NCBI GenBank assembly: GCA_028023455.1
Contig: JAQFVV010000001.1
Location: forward strand, 23,622,001 to 23,686,000
Direction of reading: 5' to 3'
From: Epiperipatus broadwayi
Lineage: Eukaryota > Animalia > Onychophora
Length of the DNA stretch: 64,000 nucleotides
Positions within the stretch are counted from its first letter, which is position 1. Every line of letters begins with the position of its first letter. Made by a program: the position numbers and the translations under genes. The notes below the pieces were generated by a model that had not been told where the DNA came from, searched no databases, and saw nothing but the letters and a program-made list of their open reading frames with translations. Positions 31,524 through 44,028 of this stretch are shown here, piece by piece.

Positions 31524-31715
31524 AAAAATTCTCCATACAGTAGTGCCACTTAGTGCAAGCCAGAATACTCAATGGATTATGAAAGCCACAAGCTAGAAAC
31601 TGGTCTGGGAATATTGGATGAGTAGGTACTATGTAGGGATTTTATGCACAAACCTTCTTGCATCCACTGATTACTCAGGCTTATACTGAGTGGCACTATT
31701 GTATAGAGAGTTTTT
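31524..31715. mobile_element. Internally deleted copy of the 37977-38522 fold-back element
   Basis: About 55 bp of left terminus (ctccatacagtagtgccacttagtgcaagccag) is joined at atgaaagccacaagc to about 135 bp of the right arm. Confidence 0.8.
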
Positions 31716-34700
31716 AATCTTCATTTTACAATAAGATATTTAGCTACAAGATCACTATAAAACATATTAAAGTCCATAAAACTAAGAGTAGGAAAAGAGT
31801 TGGATGGAAGAATGACTAATATGGCATTTAAATTGATGTATAAGATTGGTCTGTTATATAAATAAAGATAAATAATGTTTACTGTAAAGGCAGCATGGTA
31901 AAATGTTAAAGTGATCATGTTTTGATCAAGATAAAGGATGTTAAAGAAATCAGATGGAGCTTTATGATGACTTAAAACAACTACCATTGCAGCTAAAATA
32001 TTAAAGGTAGAGAATTATAAAAACTCAAACCTCCTAAGATATCTAACAAGATTAACATCCGAATGCATATAGCTTTAATATCATCATCATATTGGAATTG
32101 AGATTTATCTATTCCATAAAAATCATAAGTTTGTCATAAAATATCTTTCTTTAGGAAGTCTAATACAATTTATTTACTTTACATATCTACTAAATAGTAT
32201 AGAAGTGCCCTTACAATAACACATCCAGAAAACTAAAATACATATTTACTGGTCTTATAATCTTGCCCTAATGTGTTTTTAAACATTGTAGAATATTCTT
32301 AAAAAAAAATTTCCAGTAACTTTTTATATTAAAATGGATAGGAAATCTATGCTTACATCCACATAAAATTTGGTACAATAACAATATTATATATAATTAA
32401 TGCAGATGAAATAGTTTTGTAACAATGTGAATGAACCTTTAACATGTTATATGTAGTAGCAGCACATTAAAAACTTTGAGTTATATCTCAATATTAAAGT
32501 TCACTTTTCTATCCATAATGCTATCAAACTATTTAAATTGACTTACATTCTCAAACTGAAAATGTTGCTAAAAAAAAATTTCATCACTGCTTAATAAGGT
32601 GATTACTTTTTTTAAAGCATTAATTACTAAAAAAAAATCTTTTCTAGATTGCATTGATAAAAATTAAACATTCTTACATCTTTTTTATATTGGAAAAACC
32701 ACTATCATTATTAAATTGTAAATCTAAAAGCTAAAAAAAAATGTACTTTTTATTTTTGCGTTTGCCTGTTTCTTTAAACCATCCAGGAACTATTTCAAAG
32801 ATATTGTCACATATATAATAAAGTTAAAATTAGTGCATCTACCAGTTTAACATTTATTTTATTTCAAATACCTTAAATTTTTTATTACTAGAATGCTTTT
32901 TCTCATACTATCTATGAAAGCTGTATAATATAAATAAACATAAGCAGACAAACAGAAGATTTCAAATACTACCATAATTTTTTTATTACTATCTGAATAT
33001 AATAATTTGTCTAAAACGATAAAAACAAGATATAAAGCATGATTTATTCATGACATTTGTTTGCATTTATCTGATAATAACTCTAGCCACAATGCTTCTT
33101 TATTCTTTAAAAACGATTGCCAAGTTGAATCAAGTTCCTTGAATGATTTAGTGCATTGATAAATTGGCACACTTCAGAGTTCAAGGTTCATAGTTTTGGC
33201 TCCATTTCTGTCACAGTGCTCAAACGTTTTATGAACTCTTGATCAATAAACTAATTATTTATTTACCAAATCAATAAAAGTTGTAAATAAATCATATCTT
33301 TTGTGACAATACTTTTATTAGTTTGACAATCAATAATATATTTGCAGTGTTTATTGCTTTTTTTTTTTTTAAAGATTAACATTAAGTTTACAGAAACATT
33401 CATTTTTGTGCCTGAAATCAAAGACTTGAACAAATATTTTTAAAGTATCTTTACTACAATGAACAACAATAATATTCTCAAAAATTATTGCAGCTTTTTA
33501 TTCTATTTTTATAAAATGGAACAAATAATAATATCAGTTTTAGCATCGGATAGCATAATTTTTTGGTTCCACTTAATTCCTAAAAATATCAGGGTTTTGA
33601 AAACTTCATATATCTCATTTTGTTTTTCAAATTTAAATTAGTAGAAAGTTTGAATATTCAATTGAAAATAAATATTTCAGTTTTTGTAATAATGTTCAAA
33701 ATGTGATAAAAATCTTTTATCATCTGATTGAAAAATAATCATTTTTATAAAAAATAGTACTATCTGTGGATTAAATACATATTTCTAAATAATATATATG
33801 GACAACAAGTATGTGAAAATATTGTTTAATTCATGTTTTTTCATATGTGAAATAAATCTATTAAAAAAAGTTTTTAAAAAATGATGTTTTTTGTTTGATT
33901 TGTGAAAAAATAAAAAATTTATAAGTTTTGAATAATAGCTTTTTTTATGTTAAGAATAAAAATATAAAACATGGTCTTTCTTTAATTTTATGTACCGACT
34001 AAATAATACTGTACAATAATATATAAAATTTTGATTCTGTTTTTTTTTTTTTTTTTTTTAATAATTAGTAATTAGCTATTTTTTTAAAAGTATTAATCAT
34101 AATTTAAATAATTTTGAGTATTAAACACACACTTATATATATAGAGAGAAGAAAAATATATTAATCTCAATATCTATAATTCAAAAACTTCAATTAGCTG
34201 AAGAAAATCACATAAATGATCATTAATTTTTTACAAATAAATAAATTTTAGTATGTATACACATTAAAAAAAATATAAGTTAAAAGAAAAGCTATAATTT
34301 AATTAATTTAATTGCAGTAAGCTACCTGTCTTATTTTTCATTTTAATCCAATAGTTTTATTTAATTCATGGTCACTGTTGGAATTTATTTTTAAAAAGCA
34401 TTATATGCAATTGATAAGTGGACAAAAAATATTTGGAAAAAAATAGTTTTCAAAATCTTTTATATTTTTAAAAGATTGCATTGAATTATTACCATTTTAA
34501 TTCTCACATGTGTCATCTTATTTTTTTAAGCATTTGGTTACAATTTTTCAATAATTTCCATTTACACAATATTAAAGATAAAATACATTTCATAAATCTA
34601 ACCAACATAAAAAAAATAAAGCTGAAAAAGTATAATCATTATCATAAAATAAAAATTAAGAATTCCATTTTAAAAGTTACTTTACATTTATCCATAAATA

Positions 34701-35092
34701 ATGGATTTTGATACATAAGTTTGTAAAATAGATACAGTTAATAGTTTTAAATTAATCTACATAAAATTGCAATTAAAATGACATATAAAAATATATATCA
34801 GTTATATTTTATTTCAATTGTATTTGTGAAAATGAGAATAATTTGTGATTTTATTTTTAATCCTAGCCTTATCTATAAAAATGTACATTTAGGGAAATGA
34901 GGCTTTCTTTTCTAACAAAATAAATATTAGATTATGTAGTAATTTGTTTTCAAATGTTTATTTAATAATAACATCAATAAATTAGAAAAAAAATTCAAAT
35001 ATGCATTAGTAACTACATTTTGCAATATATAAACCTACATGTACATACATAATATTATAATTCGATGTCTGTATTTCTTCAAAGCAATATAC

Positions 35093-35778
35093 TTAATTAT
35101 ATAATTGAATATTTATAAATACAGTAATCAGATATATTTTAAAAATTTTATCCACTTAGGAACACTTTCAGCCATCCTTATAGTCTTCATCAACTAACTC
35201 TTTGAAAGGCTAACCTTCCCACAATTCTGTGATCTTAACATTTGCTGCTTGCCTGTTAATTAAGTCATGTTTGTATTGTATATTAGCATAGCTTCTTTTA
35301 TTTTTCTTTTGTTATTTTTTTTAATTTGCAATATTTTAACATTGTTGTAATTGAAGTTAAAATCATAAATACATGAATTATTATGGTATTGAAAAATGGA
35401 TGCTGAAACATTATTATTTTCTTTGCAATGTTGATTTGATTTCTGAACTTTTTTTAACAAGAGCAAGTGCTCTTTAGTTCTTTTTTACAACATACATCTT
35501 GATTCATTTATATATCCATTACTACACCTACATATCTATTTATAAATGATGCAAGTTTTATTTATAAATGAGGTTTTATCTTTAGAATTATTTATTAATT
35601 TGTTTAATGTAAGAGATATGTAAAATGCAATATCACATATATCTTTGTAAATCTTTCTTATAAAATTTACTTGATCATTCAAAATATATGGTATTGATAT
35701 CCATATTTTTTTATTAGCAGGAGGGTCAATATTATCATTAAAATTTTTATTCTTATATCTCGTATTAAAATCTCTAAT
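35093..35778 (-). mobile_element. Penelope-like element 3' part (GIY-YIG + pLTR), inverted copy
   Basis: ORFs 35536-35799 and 35260-35466 encode KKIWISIPYI..LINNSKD..CIIYK and ..KIKEAMLI. Reverse complement of 35849-36533. Confidence 0.8.
35154..35197 (-). ncRNA. Degenerate minimal hammerhead motif
   Basis: Minus strand reads TTAG-TTGATGA-A-GACTA-TAAGGA-TGGCT-GAAA-GTGT-TC-CTAA. Confidence 0.6.
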
Positions 35779-35848
35779 AACATTATATATAACCAGCATT
35801 TAACAATATATTCAAATAAATTTCAATATTTTTGGCTTTATCTGACAA

Positions 35849-36533
35849 ATTAAAGATTTTAATAAGAGATATAAGAATAATAATTTTAATAATAATATTG
35901 ATCCTCCTGCTAATAAAAATATGGTTATCAATAGCATATATTTTGAATGATCAAGTAAATTTTATAAGGAAGATTTATAAAGGTATATGTGATATTGCTT
36001 TTTACACACCTCCTACATTAAACAAATTAATAAATAATTCTAAAGATAAAACCCCATTTATAAATAAAAATTGTATCATTTATAAATAGATATATAGGTG
36101 TAATAGTGGATATATAGGTGAATGAAGATGTATGTTGAAAAAAAGAACTAAAAAGCACTTGCTGTTGTTAAAAAGAGTTCAGAAATCAAATCAACATTAC
36201 AAAGTAGATAATAATATTTCAGCAGCTGTTTTTCATAACCATAATAATTCATGTATTTATGGTTTTAATTTCAATTACAACAACGTTAAAATATTGCAAA
36301 TTGAAAAAAATAACAACAAAAAAAAAATAAAAGAAGCTATGCTAATATACAAATACAAACATGACTTAATTAAAAGGCAGGCAGCAAATGTTAAGATCAC
36401 AGAATTGTGGGAAGGATAGCCTTTCAAAGTGTTAGTTGACAATGATTACAAGGATAGTCGAAAGCTCCTAAGTGGATAAAATTTTGAAAATATATCTGAT
36501 TGCTGTATTTATAAATATTTAATTATATAATTA
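35849..36533 (+). mobile_element. Penelope-like element 3' part (GIY-YIG + pLTR)
   Basis: CIIYK*IYRCNSGYIGE*RCMLKKRTKKH (GIY-YIG) and KIKEAMLIYKYKHDLIKRQAANVKITELWEG*, homologous to the C-terminus of the 61.2-62.4 kb PLE. Confidence 0.8.
36432..36471 (+). ncRNA. Degenerate minimal hammerhead motif
   Basis: TTAG-TTGACAA-T-GATTA-CAAGGA-TAGTC-GAAA-GC-TC-CTAA, starting 12 nt after the PLE stop codon. Confidence 0.55.
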
Positions 36534-37976
36534 TGTACATACATATATATTCATATACAAACACTTATATGGTCACTTTTTTCCTGAAACGGTTGACATA
36601 TATAATTGTATTGAAGAAAAAATTTCAAATGATTTATTTAGACAATTTAATACAACAAATTATTATTAAAAATATAGTTATCAATACTTTAACTTATTCT
36701 GAAAGTAACTATAAATTTTTCTAAAATGTCTGTTTTGCAAAAATCGAATCTTCTATTAAATGACCTGTCATATGCATATACAATGCAAATCATATTCTTA
36801 GTAGTTTTGTGAGAAAGATAAAGCATATTATGTTAACTTTATTAAACACTGGCATAAGTAAAAGAATTTGCTAAGTGGACAGGGAAAAACAAATAACTAA
36901 ATAAGCTGACTTGCATTTTAAACAACGAATTTAAAAAAGGTTAATCAGTAAAAGTAAATTATTGTTTTGATTTCTTGATTTTTTACCATTTTATAAAAAT
37001 TTAATAATACCAAAACAAGTATCAACCGTATTTTAAAATCTTATATTGTTATTAATAAAATAAATTTATATAGAACAAAAATTATTTATATATTTATAAA
37101 ACTACGACTAATGAAATTAATGTTTATTTAAATTTTTAAGAGTTTTGTGCTTTAAAAAAGGATTATAATTTTTATTATTGAAATTAAAAATTCACAAATT
37201 CAAAAAAGAAAATACTTGGAGCCAGAAATTTTAGAATGATGATACTCTACTTCACATGTGTGTATATACAGGTGCTCAAATTTCTTTACAAAAATTGTTT
37301 TTTTGTATGTTAATTTTTCATTTATAGTTCTTGTTTATTTAATTTTTTTTCTCAGATTTTTCTCAGATCAGTCCTTATTTCTAATTAATTGTTATACATG
37401 TCTATGCGTTAATTGTTATTTGTCATTGATAAAATGCTGCAAATATTCTTTAAAACTAAAAAACATTTCAACTATTAAAATAAAATGTATAAAATATCAT
37501 ATAAATTGTTTTTTTTTAGCATTATTTTCTGTCATTCTTTTTATCAGTCTATAACACTCTGTAGAGTCATCAAATTTTCAATTATGCTTCTCTCTGTCAG
37601 TCCGTAAATTTTAAAATTATCACCATTTCCTTTTTAGAAGTTTTTTATTTTCAATAGTGCATAATTTAATATTTATTTTGTTAATTTTTTCTTGAAACAT
37701 TCTCTATACATATTGATATAATTTTAACTGTATTCTTCTGCAACCTATTATTTTTCAAATTCTCTTGCTATTTATTTATTCTCTTCTCAATTTTCCTGAA
37801 AATTTTTGCTTATATCTATAGATATAGTTTTAATCTTGCTTATGCTTATTCTTTTAAATTTTCTGTGAGCTCCGTCAATTTTGCACATTTTATTAAAGTC
37901 TTATTATTATATTGTCAATGCATTTAGTACAATGAACATCCCAACTCCCCAATAAACATCACATGATCACCACAGG

Positions 37977-38522
37977 CAAAACTTTCCATACAGTAGTGCC
38001 ACTCAGTGCAAGCCAGAGTAGTCAACGGATGCCAAAAAGTTTGTGCATAAAATCCCTATCTAATGCCTACTCATCCAATATCCCCTGACTAGTTTCTAGC
38101 TTGTGGCTTTTGTTTGTGAGGAGTCTTGGATCTGAGAGCACTGCACCTAGATCTTATAATCTAATGCAACCCTCTAGCAGCCACCTTTTATTTCTACTTA
38201 CTACCAAATCATGAGTTTAGACCTAGGATGACTATATAAGCTATTGAGCTTGGATTGAAAATATTGTGTTCTCAATTTTATTCTCATGGTTTTATAGTTA
38301 AGTAGAGATAAAAGGTGGCTGCTAGAGAGTTGCATTAGATCATAAGATCTAGATGCAGTACTCTCAGATCCAAGACTCCTCATGGATGAAAGCCACAAGC
38401 TAGAAACTAGTCTGGAAATATTGGATGAATAGGCATTAGATAGGGATTTTATCCACAAACCTTCTGGCATCCATTGATTACTCTGACTTGCACTGAGTGG
38501 CACTACTGCATGGAGAGCTTTG
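37977..38522. mobile_element. Fold-back / MITE-like element with about 225 bp inverted arms and about 95 bp spacer
   Basis: 37977-38203 is the reverse complement of about 38296-38522 (diverged). A second family member lies at 31524-31715. Confidence 0.85.
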
Positions 38523-41500
38523 TTTGTTTTAACAACTCCCCAATGCTAATTGAATATTTTATTTGAATTTAAATTAAATAGAACAAAGAATAGATAATAT
38601 TATTTCATTCCACCATTTCATATAACTATTATTCTCATTAGAAAATCCATTTAATTTATCTTTTAATCAACATTCAAATTTGTAATAAATGTTTTTGTTG
38701 CATGCCATAAATAATTAAAAGTTGTAAAAAATTATCAATATTCAATTATATATCATAATTTTAATGTTTTTGAACAAAATCTGTTATGTCATTGATGAAT
38801 AATTGTTTTATCAAATGAGATAAAATGGCAGCTACTCACTTTAATTTCTTTCAGAAGAGAATGGAAGGGGGGATGCCATTCTATTTTATTGGCACACAAA
38901 CAGTATGGCAAATAAATAAATTATCATTGAATTTAATACACTAAATTTTATAATAAAAATTATTTTTAACTTCTCACGAGTAGCATAGACTTTCAACAAA
39001 TGTTCTCTATGCAGCTCAATTTTCTGCCATTTGTTTAATCTCATTTCATGATTTTCCATATTTCTAGACTTCACATTTAGTTCACTTTATTGGAGATTTG
39101 TCATTATATCAGTGTATATATAATTCTCAATCTAGAGCTTTTATTGTAATATTTTCTGTTTGACAACCATCCCATGGATTAGAACTGTCTATTGCAACTT
39201 AGTCATTTAATATTATTTTTTACACTACTTATCATGATTCATCCACTGCCAACTTTGACAACCAATTGATATTCTTCATTTAATATTATTTTAGCCATCA
39301 TTTATGATAGCATATGTTTGCAGCAACTTAGTAGATAAGTTATTTTTAAATTCAGTCTTAATTTTCAATTCCATAAACCTTCATATTTATTACAAGCTGA
39401 TACTTATTTATTCTGTTTCCAATGTTTTCTTTTCCCTCCATATTTATTATTGATTAGAATATTAGTATTTATTTAATAGTGAGTTTGCTATTAAATAAGT
39501 AATTAACTTGCAATTTATGTCCCTATATTGCCCAGTAAATAGACACAAACCATCCATACAGTCTATAAATTTTAGACTACTAGTTATCCACCAACTTTTT
39601 TTATATATAGATAGTCCAATAAATAAAAATAAAATTAAGAAATTTTATATTGAGCATTTAAATTCTTTGCTTAGATGTGTAATTACTGTATATAAATTAA
39701 TTTTTAAGCACTTCCATTATTTTTAGTGCAATCTAGATATTCAAATCCCTTTCTAAATTATGCTAATATATTCAACAGCTTCAGCCTATCTTCATAATTC
39801 CTATATCTCTAAAAATATATCCAATCCATTTTCTTATTTAGAAAAAGTTTTCTTATTTAATAACTTTTCATACATATATTTTTCAGTAGTTATAATGAGG
39901 ACTACTAAAAGTAGAATAGAACCTAGGTAAAAAGATAAAATTCGCCCTTTTTTTTCACAAATGTTTTATATTAAAAACATACCAGATCTATTTTGTAATA
40001 TTTTAAAAGTGGAAGTATTTATTAGCACAGTACACACTACCCTATTCAATTTTATGTGCAAAGAAATATTATTGTATAAGCGCTTGCTATATATTCCAAA
40101 TGGATTTTTTTAGAATTTATATTCCAAAAATAATAAAAGTTAATAAAACTTTATTAAGTAACCTATAGAGATTAATAAAATGTAAAAAAAAAAAAAAATA
40201 CTCTCCATGTAAAAGACCAATAATGTATATAGTAAAAAAAAACCAATCGTTTTAATATTACAACAAAATGTCATCATCATAAACTTTCGGAGAAAAATTA
40301 AAAATTATATATATATATGCCTGATTAAAAGCTATTTTTACAGATAAAAGAAAATGATTACTTTATGCCTAAAAAGAAAATTAAATAAATAAATAAATTT
40401 GATATTTGTCTAAGCTTACAAATTTAGTTCTCCTTTATCTGAAGAATATATTTTCTAGGCATACAACAATCAATTAATATGTTTAGGATAGACTAAAATC
40501 AGGCTTAATGGTTATTCAATAACTAACGTTTAATTTCAAGTTGCAGATAGTCTCAAACTTTCTTGCCAGGCGCTTCTGCAGATAAAGTTGTTAATGCATA
40601 ATTCACTGTTATTTTATTATTGGCAAGGTATGGTAATTTTTAAGCATTGACCATATATCTTAGGCTATAAATAGGTAGTAGGCTACTTCTTTTAAATCAT
40701 TATCTTTTATATCAAAAGACATAGTATTTATTCATTCTTGAGGAAGTATTTGGTGATAATGATAAATAACATACTTGATACTTAATACATCATGTTTTGA
40801 AGTACTATAGTATTTAAATTCTTTATAGATAAATATGATTAATATTTAAAAGTACTTTTCAGTTATGTTGCTCCATTGTAAAAATATCAGTAGTATAAGA
40901 CATTCTCAAAGTCAAATTAACTAGCTTGTCTATCAATGCTGTTTTTTCTAATAATGTTCTCTGTATAATTAATTCGGATTTCTTTTCTTTCATTCTCTTT
41001 ATAATATTAAAAAAGTGATAGTGCTTGTTTACATAGTCTTGCTTCTACTGGTTGACTAAAAACATGTTTTTTATAACACAAAGTCAACATTCTCTTTGTG
41101 GAAATATTTTATCAAAGCAAGATAATTTCTTTGTTTTTTTCCAAATTCTTGCTTTAATTAACTTTCTTTTATGTCCTATTATACTTATTGTTTTATTTTA
41201 TTTTAATTATACAAAATGAATTCTAATGTTTAACTTTCCACAATTTTTTTGAAATTAATTTATATGTATTTTATTAAATTTGCTTTGCCTTTTTGCTTTC
41301 AAAAGTCTTACATTTACTTAATGCATTTTATATTGCTCATTATTTATTCTCTAATATTGGTAATATGCATTCATAAACCCCCACATTTAGTAACTAAAAC
41401 TATTATGCAATGGGGGGCTGCTTATGATCCTCATCCTATAAACTTGCATATTTATTTTAACTTTTATACACACATCATTACATGTTAATTTACCATATTA

Positions 41501-43800
41501 AATAAATTTTTGTATCTCATTATAATGAGTTTGAAATAGTCTTTTAAAATAAAGATCAGTCATTGGAACACTCATAATAATATATGCTCATATTTCATTC
41601 AACATTTATTATTTTTTCACCTTTTCTCTTTTTGTATTATTATATAAAAACATTTTAAATTAACCTACCAGACCTATTGGAATTAAGTTAAATTCTATCA
41701 TAAATAAGATTGACCTAAGTAGAGTAAAGAAATCGTGTGTTTTGTCAGAATTTCTTCCCTTATACCAATACAATATTTTAGACAAATTATTTAGTAAAGT
41801 CACTGGGCAAATGTTACTTAAGAATAATTTATTAGTTTATAAAAATATGTTGGCCAGATTATGAGAACAATTGGTTATACATTTTTTAACTAGGTGTTTG
41901 TGATGTTATTGAATCTACTATTATAAAGACAAATCTTCATTATATTGAACATATGAAGTGAATAAATTATAAGATAGTTGCTTTAAAAGTATTTAAAAAA
42001 AACTTAAGCAAGATTTTCATATGAAAATAGGATTCTATTTATTTTATAAATATTATTTCAAAACATTTTAAATTAATTCGATATTGATTGTTTTCATTGT
42101 GACGATATGGTTGATGATAGAATTCAATAAAGAACTGTAAATAAAAAGGTGTTCAACTCTTTTAAAGAGTTCACAACGAAAGATGTTTTTTTTTTTTTTT
42201 TAAATTCTAATTTTTATTTTTATAATCGTTTCTGAGTAACTCTTAATGTAAATGTTAAAACAACAAAAAAAAAAAGTCTTAATTTTTCACGCCCAATTAT
42301 CGTATTCTTTTTCAAATCTTTTTAACTTTAAATGCGCAAATAGAGTTAAATAAAGTGAAATAATTATATTTTTTATTTCTCCTCCTTTCACTTGTGTAAT
42401 TAGAAAAAACTGTAATCAATATATAGTAATGCTTGAAATAATATATACTAGTTGGAATCTGCATGTATATAATTGATAAAATATGATTTTGCATAAATGA
42501 CAAGTTACTTTTTAAAAAATAAAATAAACCATATGATTGATTACTTGATAGATCAGGAGACATAGAACATAAACTGAAACCTGAGACCAATGAGTTTCCC
42601 CTCCCCTTTAACTGATATTGATTCAGTAACATTTTTGCTTTGAACAACTTTGATTTATTTTTTATTTTACCTTTTCTTATTTGCTTTAGGATTATTAACT
42701 TTTCTTGTTGCTATCTAACTTTTCTTCAACTGGTTTCATTTTATTTCATTTTTATTCTTTTATTTGCTCTTGTTCATCCCTGTTTTTTACAAATCAAATA
42801 TGATTATTGGATTTTTTTTTTCTTGATTCACCTTCTCATTCAAATACTCACTTGAAATAAAAGTTCCACCATTTTCTTTAACAGGGTTCATGACCTCTAC
42901 ATTCACTATTCCCATCTGCTTTCCAAATATTTTGTTCCTTTCTTTATGTATTATTTGATTTCTCAACTCCCTTTCTTGCAACAATTTTTTTTATTATCCT
43001 CTTGTAATACTTTAATATTTCTATTTTCTGTAGCATTTTTTCATCAATGCCTGCACCATTTCACTTGTAACTATTTTCTGTTCTGGAGGCATATCCACAA
43101 CCTTTGCTGACTCTTCTTTCCTTTGCTGTGCTGGTTCATTGCCTTGTTGATCCATTTTACAGACTCCGAACCTAGTGATCATTTATTATAATTATTATTT
43201 ATTATTTTTTCTCTACTATTAATCTTTACTGTAAAAAGATAAACCAAACATTTCCACAAGTACATATACAAGAAATAATGATGATGATAATAAATACTTT
43301 AAAATTCTTAAAATATAATAAATATTTATGTACACATTAAACACTCTGTTTTCATTTTATTACTTTATCATTAGACAGCTTATGACTTAGGCAAGCAGAA
43401 ATGCAAATGTGCAATAATAAAGTATCCAAGGTATTTTGAGCTCAGACTTTCACACAATCCTCAACTCTATTATATTCTTTGTACATATATATATATTCTA
43501 ACCTGTATTTTACATATTAAAGTATTTAAATGTTTTAAATAAAAACACATGGCTAGCAGATAACATATCTCCAAATTATTTTTAAATTGTTCAAATACAA
43601 ATATTTTATTTAAACATCTTTCAGATTTTCTAAATAGTTATCCATTAGATAAAGTGCTAGGCTTGTCCTGGTGTTTTCAATCTAATGCTTGAATATCCTA
43701 GCACTTCAATGAGAAAGCCAGTAGAAGAAATCAGTCTAGGGTTAGGGATATTCTGAAAAACTTGTTAAGAGCTTATTTGCAATCTCTTTATATAACATTT

Positions 43801-44028
43801 GTAATACAAACTTGTTTAAATTAAGTCATGTGACATCTGATTTGATTTTTTTTGTAATTTTATTTTTTGCTATTAAGGTTTTGGTGATTTTATATTGCTA
43901 AAGCTATTAATATATGGTGTATCTGAACTTAGTTCAATCCCATATGGCTATTTAAGTTAGATAGCTGGATTGTAATACAAGCTTGTTTAATTTAGGTCAT
44001 GTGACATCTGATTTGATTTTTTTGTAAA
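43801..44028 (+). repeat. 57-bp direct repeat separated by about 115 bp
   Basis: gtaatacaa.cttgtttaa.tta.gtcatgtgacatctgatttgatttttttgtaa at 43801-43857 and 43972-44028. Confidence 0.9.

Larger units (their letters stand above)
26950..32150 (-). pseudogene. Old degenerate LINE ORF2 interrupted by an LTR fragment and a MITE
   Basis: Minus-strand motifs in collinear order: YLYNRP..FMDFN (about 31800-31880, APE), KLEISSAFDSVP (about 30300-30335, RT), and YSFGPK (about 27165-27185, C-terminus). Removing the two inserts leaves about 3.1 kb. Confidence 0.5.

Noticed and set aside
33050-33250. GC-richer patch with a transposase-like minus-strand translation
   Set aside because: Interrupted by stops and no diagnostic motif recognisable by eye.
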